IMG/VR virus record: IMGVR_UViG_3300023240_000018
Coordinates: 6,086-70,085 of that record
Length of the DNA stretch: 64,000 bases
Origin: a virus
Strand: one strand, 5' to 3'
Shown: positions 57,614 to 64,000 of the stretch, in pieces
How positions within the stretch are numbered: the first letter of the stretch is position 1
Layout of the letters: every line of letters starts with the position of its first letter
Notes under the pieces: generated by a model
What the model was told of the DNA's origin: nothing
The model's database searches: none
Seen by the model: only the letters and a program-made list of their open reading frames with translations
Made by a program: the position numbers and the translations under genes

Positions 57614-58159
57614 CTACAGCTTCACCAACACCACGCTGACCGGATCAGTAGCCAGAAGGTGCGAACTATTCCAGTGCTGAGGGAAAAGGATAGCATGACC
57701 GCCAGCATCAACGAAACGCTTGATGTTGTGCTCGCCATCGTCGATCAATGTGGTTTCCTGATCCGCCATCAACCACTTGTCTGGACCCATCTGATAACGA
57801 CGAAACCGCTTTCCGAAGTTTCGGTGGAGCCATGCCAACTTGCCAGCCAGCGACATCGCATCAGAGCTCGGAGACGTGGCGATCCACCAATCATAACCAG
57901 CGTTCTCAATCACGCCGATGAGATCGTCAATCCATGAATGGCGATCCAGCCCCTCCCAGAACTCATAGCCAGCTTTGTCGATCGCCGCCCACATCTCTCG
58001 GGGACTTACGCCAAGCACCTTCGAAATGTCATACTCGCCAGCCGGCCAAGAACACGGACTGAACTCAACCCCAAACAGCCGCATCGCGGCTGGAGTGAAC
58101 TGAGTCAGAACACCGTCCATGTCAATCAAAACTTTTTTTCTCTTCACGTCAATCTCCAT
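57614..58159 (-). CDS. HAD-family 5'(3')-deoxyribonucleotidase (NT5C-like)
   Basis: IDMDGVL, IATSP, K..WL, K....LIDD..HN. Confidence 0.88.
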   Translation of the reverse strand: MEIDVKRKKVLIDMDGVLTQFTPAAMRLFGVEFSPCSWPAGEYDISKVLGVSPREMWAAIDKAGYEFWEGLDRHSWIDDLIGVIENAGYDWWIATSPSSDAMSLAGKLAWLHRNFGKRFRRYQMGPDKWLMADQETTLIDDGEHNIKRFVDAGGHAILFPQHWNSSHLLATDPVSVVLVKL

Positions 58160-58267
58160 GAAAAAAACCGCAAGCACTCTATATTAACCGCCGACCGACA
58201 CATCGCATAATGGGAAGTCGGCGGCCTTCACTGCCTACACAGCAGTGATTCTTGTTTCATAATAAAC

Positions 58268-58359
58268 GCACCATTGGTGCCCTCGCCGTGCCGTGCCGCG
58301 CCTTGCACTGCCACGCCCTGCCACGCCGTGCCACGCCAGGCTTTGCCGGGCCGGGCCGT
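58268..58359 (-). ncRNA. putative guide-like RNA: 15 x (NN-GGC) pentamer tract plus terminal hairpin
   Basis: Strict 5-nt periodicity 58285-58359; hairpin GCACC-AAT-GGTGC at 58268-58280; RNA status inferred. Confidence 0.65.
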
Positions 58360-58362
58360 GAA

Positions 58363-59010
58363 TTAAATCTCAGTGACAACAGCATCTGACTGACCATACG
58401 GACCCGGAGTCTTCCCCGCTGGTCGCCAGTCACACAACCCAGCCTTGCCCGCCAGTTCGAACAATTGTGCCAAAATCACCGGCGTGATATCCGGCTTCAG
58501 GACCATGACTTCGCCGGTCACTGTCCATTGTGAAAATTTCGGGCGAACGCGAATGTGCTTCGCTTTACCAACACTGGCCCGCTTGACAAACAAGTCAAAA
58601 CCCATTTTTTTACAAGCAGCCGACTGCTCAGCAAATGTCAACTCACGCATGCCAATAACGTCATCCCACTTGATTTGCTTGCCGTTGTTGCGGAACTCGC
58701 ACGCCTCGGTCGAAATCAACAGGCCTGTTTGGGTGAGTTCCTTGAAAGTCTTCTGCCCCTTCAAATTCAACTGAGTCCCAGCCTGGCGAAGTGCGACCAT
58801 GATGTTCTCCGACGGCATCACGATGTGCCCTCCATCGTGGTAGCAATACGTTTGCCATGTCCAAGGCGGCGAACGGTCATCACCAGCTACACTCACGCCC
58901 TTGTTGATCGGGGATTTCCGCCATTCCTTCAACCCATCTGCCCCTTCGACATTGTCGGCGTGCATCAGCAAAGGCATAAACCCAGTCATCGTAAATCTGA
59001 AATTCTTCAT
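58363..59010 (-). CDS. stand-alone Cas7-group RAMP-like protein
   Basis: GGAG RBS; TG..PLLMH, IVMPSENIMVALRQA, RVRPKF..W, GLCDWRP....GPYG Gly-rich loop. Confidence 0.7.
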   Translation of the reverse strand: MKNFRFTMTGFMPLLMHADNVEGADGLKEWRKSPINKGVSVAGDDRSPPWTWQTYCYHDGGHIVMPSENIMVALRQAGTQLNLKGQKTFKELTQTGLLISTEACEFRNNGKQIKWDDVIGMRELTFAEQSAACKKMGFDLFVKRASVGKAKHIRVRPKFSQWTVTGEVMVLKPDITPVILAQLFELAGKAGLCDWRPAGKTPGPYGQSDAVVTEI

Positions 59011-59023
59011 CCGTACTCTCCAT

Positions 59024-59066
59024 GAAAAAACCCGCTTCATGAGCGGCAAGACTCATGAGCGGGTTT
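59024..59066 (-). terminator. strong hairpin plus U-tract in leader of RAMP-like gene (attenuator-like)
   Basis: AAACCCGC-TCATGAG...CTCATGA-A-GCGGGTTT then T-run, just before RBS. Confidence 0.7.
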
Positions 59067-59127
59067 CCCTTGCCACGATTACTCGCGGAGTGCTTCCAGT
59101 GTGCGACACTTGCCTGTCGACTAAAGG

Positions 59128-59156
59128 ATAGTACCGATGCCGGTACAACACGTCAA
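59128..59156 (-). promoter_or_regulatory. sigma70-type promoter TTGACG-N17-TACTAT with operator GTACCG-N4-CGGTAC
   Basis: Consensus spacing; same palindrome in the same position as at 32831-32859. Confidence 0.8.
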
Positions 59157-59186
59157 CTGATATTCCGAAACAAATGTGAGATCATT

Positions 59187-59681
59187 TCACTTCTTGCTTC
59201 GATTGACTATCTCCTCAAACTCAATGTCAGTGATCCGATTCACGCCGCGAGGCGGAGTGTACGACCGGCTGTGAATTTCAAACAAGAACACAAGGGTCTT
59301 CTTGCACCAGAAATACCCCATGGTCTGAAAGAAGCCGGGCTTGTAGCTGATAATCTTCTGAAGATCCACAACACACATTACCCGCAGAGATTCCATTTCT
59401 TTGCGGACCAGACCACCCTTTTTAGTCCGCCGAGGACGCCAGTGCGTTGAGTCATACGCCCCGCTGGAACTTAACTCTGGGTGACACCACTCTGGCCCGG
59501 GACACACATGTGAGACAATCCCCGAAATGCGATGGCGGTGGAAACTACCAGTGTAGTAATCCGTGCCGCCGTACGTTTTCATCCACTTCCTTGCGGCCCG
59601 GTGACACTTCAGTTCCTGCTTGAAATGCTCCTGAATCTCAACCGACAATTCCACTCCAGTTACTCTATAGTAAGCCATCAT
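59187..59681 (-). CDS. hypothetical protein
   Basis: 164 aa, GGAG RBS. Confidence 0.65.
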   Translation of the reverse strand: MMAYYRVTGVELSVEIQEHFKQELKCHRAARKWMKTYGGTDYYTGSFHRHRISGIVSHVCPGPEWCHPELSSSGAYDSTHWRPRRTKKGGLVRKEMESLRVMCVVDLQKIISYKPGFFQTMGYFWCKKTLVFLFEIHSRSYTPPRGVNRITDIEFEEIVNRSKK

Positions 59682-60193
59682 TCTCCATTCTTTGAAACAA
59701 GACTCAGCCGCTCATGCTCGGCCGTCCACTCAGCGATCAAACGATCCGCATGAGCCTCAACCGACAAACTTGCAACCAGGTCCACGAAAGAAACAAAATG
59801 CTCAATGCCATAAGATGAACCGTCCACATTAAACACCCAGCGATAAGACACGCCAGTCGGAATTCTGCCTCCGCCCCACGCTGAACTAAACATCATGAGC
59901 TCGCCGAAAGCGAACGCCAACCGAAGACGACCATACAACTCACCAGCCAACTGGAAGTCGCGGTGAGGACCAGTCGCCACCGAACTCGCCACCGAACGGA
60001 GATTCGCTGAGAAAATTGCCCGCCGACAATACCAACGATAACTCAACGGCGAATAACAAGCATCACTGCCCGCAGCTGTCAACTTCGCAATGTCCTGACG
60101 AACAACCTTCGGACTCACCTTCAACGATACCGAAATCTCGCTCAGCCTCGCACCAACCAGAAGCAACGACTCCAACGAAACCAATCGATTCAT
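59678..60193 (-). CDS. HTH-containing hypothetical protein
   Basis: RL..LE.LL..GA.LSEI...L.VS.K.VRQDI..L wHTH-like N-terminus. Confidence 0.55.
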   Translation of the reverse strand: MNRLVSLESLLLVGARLSEISVSLKVSPKVVRQDIAKLTAAGSDACYSPLSYRWYCRRAIFSANLRSVASSVATGPHRDFQLAGELYGRLRLAFAFGELMMFSSAWGGGRIPTGVSYRWVFNVDGSSYGIEHFVSFVDLVASLSVEAHADRLIAEWTAEHERLSLVSKNGE

Positions 60194-60194
60194 A

Positions 60195-60566
60195 TTACTC
60201 GGCCTGCTCGACACAAGAACCTCCCACAACACAATCGCCCAACTTGTGCGTGTGGGCATGAAAATTCAACTGCACTCGCTGGCAACCCCCAGCGACCAAA
60301 CCGACATCGATAAGTAAATTAACCCAATTGCCGTTGCAAATTTCTCGTACCCATTTGCCGCAGACGTGCATGGAGGTCGCCAACTTGTCTTGATGCGGTG
60401 CCAGTTTTGCCAGCCAGTCAAGCGACGGGAACCGATAGCGTCCCATTTGGCTTTTGGAAACTAAGAGACCCCACTCAACAAACGGGAATCGTTCTTGCAT
60501 CGAAAGCATCCACTGAACATCAGTGCTGTCGTCCGCACCCGTTATCGTGACTTTGTCAATCTGCAT
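60195..60566 (-). pseudogene. phage TrpF-like/TIM-barrel protein, apparently C-terminally truncated
   Basis: TITGADD, FPFVEWGLL.S, RFPS..W, HVCG, QRVQLNFH then ends; C-terminal GYAGG-type half not seen. Confidence 0.5.
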
Positions 60567-60677
60567 GTCTTTTCTTCTGAAGTAAACCAAACACCATCGA
60601 AACACGGAAAGCAGCGAAGAGACTTCCGAACGTCATCGTCATTGCTTCACCCTAAAAAACCAGACTACGGCCCGTCG

Positions 60678-60959
60678 TCACCCGATTGAAACCACCTCAG
60701 AAACGTTGCCCTTAACCACGGTTACGTTAATTCTATCGGGTCGGTAGTCGCAAGTCCCAAGGCATGACTCGCCATCGACGCGCATTACTCGAACATACCA
60801 GCCAGACGCTAAAGCATTTGCCTCAACTTCCTCCAATGTGTGCCCGACAGACGACTCTCGTATCTTTGCAAGTATTTGATTGATCGGGATCTCAGTCAAA
60901 ACAACACTCCTGCCGTAAACGATCTGCCAACTTAGTCCCAATAACTCGTCAGCCACCAC
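60678..60959 (-). CDS. peptidase inhibitor I78/potato inhibitor I-like protein (start uncertain)
   Basis: VG.T.EE.......VRV...DG....T.DYRPDRINV.V..G.V..V..G. Confidence 0.7.
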   Translation of the reverse strand: MVADELLGLSWQIVYGRSVVLTEIPINQILAKIRESSVGHTLEEVEANALASGWYVRVMRVDGESCLGTCDYRPDRINVTVVKGNVSEVVSIG

Positions 60960-61396
60960 GACGCCTCGTTTTCGGATTTAATGTCGTACTCGTCCAAAAA
61001 CGCTGCGAGGTCTTGAAACGCTTCGTCCGTCTCGCGAAGAAACTCGACCGACACTTCTTGCGGCCTGCCTCTGCTGCATGACATGTGCCTTGAGGCCAGC
61101 AAATACTGCGGACAATCACAGCTGCAATAATTCACAACTTCGATCGGGATAGGATTCGATTCAAGCCATTCGCGGCGATAACGAAAATAATCCCCCACTT
61201 CCGGCGATCCGCAATTGTAGCCAGGTTCGTAATCGCCTTCCTGGTCAAATGGATAGTACATCGGATTTGAAAATCCCTTTACGTCCCGCCACCACTCTTC
61301 AATATCGCCTTCCCACTTCTCCGCGTCCCAAGGAAACTCAAAGTCCTCATCGAACACTACACCGTAACTCAATTGCCCGTCTGTCGATTGAACCAT
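60932..61396 (-). CDS. acidic hypothetical protein
   Basis: AAGG RBS before ATG 61396. Confidence 0.65.
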   Translation of the reverse strand: MVQSTDGQLSYGVVFDEDFEFPWDAEKWEGDIEEWWRDVKGFSNPMYYPFDQEGDYEPGYNCGSPEVGDYFRYRREWLESNPIPIEVVNYCSCDCPQYLLASRHMSCSRGRPQEVSVEFLRETDEAFQDLAAFLDEYDIKSENEASWWLTSYWD

Positions 61397-61518
61397 GAAA
61401 TCGCCTTGAAAAATGTTGAGTACCAAAAACCAACCCCAACCCAGCCCAGAGGTTGCGGCTCACGCAATCATAACTCCACCTTGTTATTCGCAGCCGTTAG
61501 CATGGCGGCGATTCAATT

Positions 61519-61791
61519 CTATATTAATGGTTCGGCCGTTTCCGAGTCCTGAGCCCTCTGGTACTTATCGATCAGCAACTCCAGCTCAACCAGCGAATCG
61601 AACCAACCGCTCGGCTCGTTATGGGCGGAAAAACCGACAACACCAGCCCTGACAGTCCCGTCCGAGCGGAGATACTGGAACGGACGAAGAACTTCGCACG
61701 CCCAGAACTTACCATAGCCCTTGCTCGTCTCATTCCATGCTGGCCCCGTAACTAAGCCGATCTCAAATCCCTTGTATGTCTTGATTCTCAT
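61519..61791 (-). CDS. hypothetical protein
   Basis: AAGGTGAG RBS; 90 aa. Confidence 0.6.
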   Translation of the reverse strand: MRIKTYKGFEIGLVTGPAWNETSKGYGKFWACEVLRPFQYLRSDGTVRAGVVGFSAHNEPSGWFDSLVELELLIDKYQRAQDSETAEPLI

Positions 61792-62244
61792 TATCTCACC
61801 TTAGTAAAAAACCAACCCCAGCCCAGAGGGGAAACAACTACAGGGAATTGTCCAGACTGGAGCCGGCAAATGAAAAACCCGCATTCCCATTCAAACAGAG
61901 ACCGAAACAACATTATCCCTATACCCAAAAAGGGTCAACCCAAAAAGGGGGTAGGCTTGGCCAGATTTCGAAAATTCCGGAGGCCTTACCTAATATAGTG
62001 TGGCGATCCGAATGGGCAAAGCCACCCCCCTCCTCCCATCTTTTTACTACCTAGGGTGGTTTTTGGCCAGCGTTTTTGCTGGTCAAGGCTGGAATTGGCC
62101 TGAATTGTCGTGGAATGACGAAATCGACACAAACAAAGACTGTATTTAATTTTACGACGATCGAGATGGCTAAGGATGACCCCAAATCTGGCAACCTAGC
62201 GTATTGTCAGAATTTTTGAGCACTATCAGCCAAGATGATCGATC

Positions 62245-62592
62245 ATCAACCACTATCAACCACTATATATATAACCAACCACAATCAGTCTCAGCCAGAG
62301 CTTGTGTTTTGGCTTGTGGTTGTGGTTGTCTTGAACTTGCGTTGTGTTGTGTTTTGTTGTGGGGGGATTTTGTGGTTGTTGAAGGTTGTTGTCTTGAAGG
62401 TTGTTGTCTTGAAGGCTGGCCGCCGTTGTTGTCCTCAACCACTCCACCACTATATATATAACCATCCACCACAATCAGCCAGAACTTGTATGAAGGCTTG
62501 TGGTTGTGGTTGTGGTTGTGGTGCGCATAAAAAAACCCGGTAGTTTTGGCTACCGGGTTTGGTGAAGGTGGTTGTGGTTGTGGTTGTGGTGC
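62245..62592. repeat. non-coding direct/inverted repeat region (ACCAC-TATATATATAACCA x2; TGTGGT runs)
   Basis: Two ~85-nt related blocks (about 62247-62330 and 62437-62522), TTGAAGGTTGTTGTC x2. Confidence 0.85.
62529..62560 (-). terminator. intrinsic terminator after 62601-63215
   Basis: AAACCCGGTAG-N6-CTACCGGGTTT plus T-run on - strand. Confidence 0.8.
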
Positions 62593-62600
62593 GCTATGCG

Positions 62601-63215
62601 CTAGCCTAGCCGGTGCTCTAGCTTTGCCAGATCTGCCGATTGAGACGCAACGGCAAACCAGGCTGCGCCTTCGGCGCTGCCATGCATCGACCGGGTAAAT
62701 ACAACACCATCGTGTAGGGTTTCGAGGGCGATTGTGTGGACCGATGCCCGAAAAGGTTTGCCTCCGGCGCGAAACGAGTTTAATCCTCGCATGATTTTTC
62801 CAGTTGAGCCCGATTTGACAAGTCGAACACGGTAGGTAACGGTTGGCGCTGGTTTGCGTTTTGGTTTTGGTGCTGGTTTTGGTGTCGGTTTTGGTGTCGG
62901 TGCGAGCTCAACAGCTGCAGACTCAATAGCTGCCTTTTTAGCTGCCTTTTTAGCTGCCTTTTTAGCTGCCTTTTTGGCCTTTCGCTCTCGTTTTTCAGCC
63001 GGGGTTTCGTCCGGGGTTTCGTCCGCCTCGAGAATCGCAGCCTCGAGAATAGACCGAAGGTGATTGGACTCGCAAAGTTTGGCGCACTTGATGTCGTCCG
63101 ATAGTAGCTCGGCGCGTTTTTTAGGGTCTCGAAGGACCGCTTCGAGGCTTTTAAGCTGCATTTCTTCTCGTGTCGGAACCGGAACGAGCGTGTAGTCTGT
63201 TGTTGTTGGTGTCAT
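62601..63215 (-). CDS. basic protein with (KKAA)n and PK repeats (histone H1-like linker)
   Basis: AGGA RBS; 12-bp repeat TAGCTGCCTTTT x3; PKPTPKPAPKPKRKP. Confidence 0.7.
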   Translation of the reverse strand: MTPTTTDYTLVPVPTREEMQLKSLEAVLRDPKKRAELLSDDIKCAKLCESNHLRSILEAAILEADETPDETPAEKRERKAKKAAKKAAKKAAKKAAIESAAVELAPTPKPTPKPAPKPKRKPAPTVTYRVRLVKSGSTGKIMRGLNSFRAGGKPFRASVHTIALETLHDGVVFTRSMHGSAEGAAWFAVASQSADLAKLEHRLG

Positions 63216-63282
63216 TGTAGTTGTCCTGATTGTGGTTTGTGAGTGAAGCGTGAGTGTGAGTGTGAGTGAGTGTGTGTGAGTG

Positions 63283-63876
63283 TTACTGCAGAGATGACAT
63301 GCCGCCCAAGACGTCAAACGCGTAGTCCAAATAGGCATCTCGCGCCGTCTCAGCGCCCGGCGAACAGTGCTCTTCAACAGCGATTGCACAAGCCATTCGC
63401 CTGATTTGTCGATAATCCAGCGGCTGAGATTTGCGGTACCGTCGCACCGTTTTGATTGCCCGAATGCGAACGAGCAGTTTGGCGCGGCCCCCCAGCAATT
63501 CGGGATCGTCGGTCAACGACCTGCGACAGTCCGATAGCAGCCAGTGGGAGGATAAACCGCTGCGGGTATCGTCAGCAATTACAACGTCTGTGAGGCTGAT
63601 TGCGTGATCGTCCGGTATTGCTTGCCACTGCAGCGCGGAGAGCGTCGATCGTCGGCCGAAACCAGCTTGTCGTGCGATTGTCCGGGTCGCCTCGAGTAAC
63701 GCGTTTCTGGCTTGAGATCTCAACCGGCTTGGATTATCCCAGCTGGTCGACCGACTCAACAGGATCACCCACGCATGCTGACGTCTGTCGTGATGGTGTG
63801 CGCTGGTGGATAACGCAGCAGCGGATCCAAAAGTGTTGTTAACAAGGTCGATTTGCTGTTCAGTTAGCATCTTCAT
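63283..63876 (-). CDS. degenerate sigma70-region-2-like protein (tentative)
   Basis: AAGGA RBS; LTEQQ..LV..., D..Q.A...L......WD.P....S.A pattern. Confidence 0.4.
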   Translation of the reverse strand: MKMLTEQQIDLVNNTFGSAAALSTSAHHHDRRQHAWVILLSRSTSWDNPSRLRSQARNALLEATRTIARQAGFGRRSTLSALQWQAIPDDHAISLTDVVIADDTRSGLSSHWLLSDCRRSLTDDPELLGGRAKLLVRIRAIKTVRRYRKSQPLDYRQIRRMACAIAVEEHCSPGAETARDAYLDYAFDVLGGMSSLQ

Positions 63877-64000
63877 TGTAGTGGTCCTTAAACGGGTTTG
63901 GGTTTGCGTCCGGCAAAATCACCGGACGTCTGAACCTTATCGGGATCTCGACACCAAAATCCAGCCTGATTTGCTGATTTTTGGTGATAATTTTCGACGC

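Noticed and set aside
58285-58359. Pentamer tract as ordinary microsatellite or coding low-complexity sequence
   Set aside because: Period 5 is incompatible with codon structure, it lies outside the ORF, and variation is confined almost entirely to two fixed positions with no indels.
62204-62543. Several short Cys/Val- or Asn/Gln-rich ORFs
   Set aside because: Translations of the TGTGGT/ACAACC repeats; no RBS or protein-like composition.

Overview
Near-complete genome segment of a tailed dsDNA phage or prophage. The host is inferred, not proven, to be a planctomycete or other PVC-type bacterium: it has a CsrA-like gene, a papain-like peptidase and thioredoxin-like lipoprotein in the lysis position, and no recognisable peptidoglycan endolysin. 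Layout: a + strand array of small early genes separated by a repeated structured spacer (1-1990), then almost everything on the - strand. Reading the - strand from the right: sigma-like gene, repeat-rich non-coding region, accessory operon, serine recombinase, head/packaging/tail genes, replication and nucleotide genes, membrane/lysis-like cluster, repeat-rich fibre/adhesin, Tad1-like anti-defence sponge, and a 1371-aa internal-virion-like protein. The top candidate system is a stand-alone Cas7/RAMP-like gene (58363-59010) followed 3 nt after its stop codon by 15 strictly phased pentamers (constant GGC plus a variable dinucleotide) and a terminal hairpin. This looks like an RNA-guided module with a non-CRISPR guide. 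Other highlights are a serine recombinase with two tandem catalytic domains, a 131-nt expanded tRNA-like RNA, a histone-fold-like early protein, a promoter/operator shared by two operons, and a split RecD2. All protein calls come from motif recognition by eye, with no database searches.
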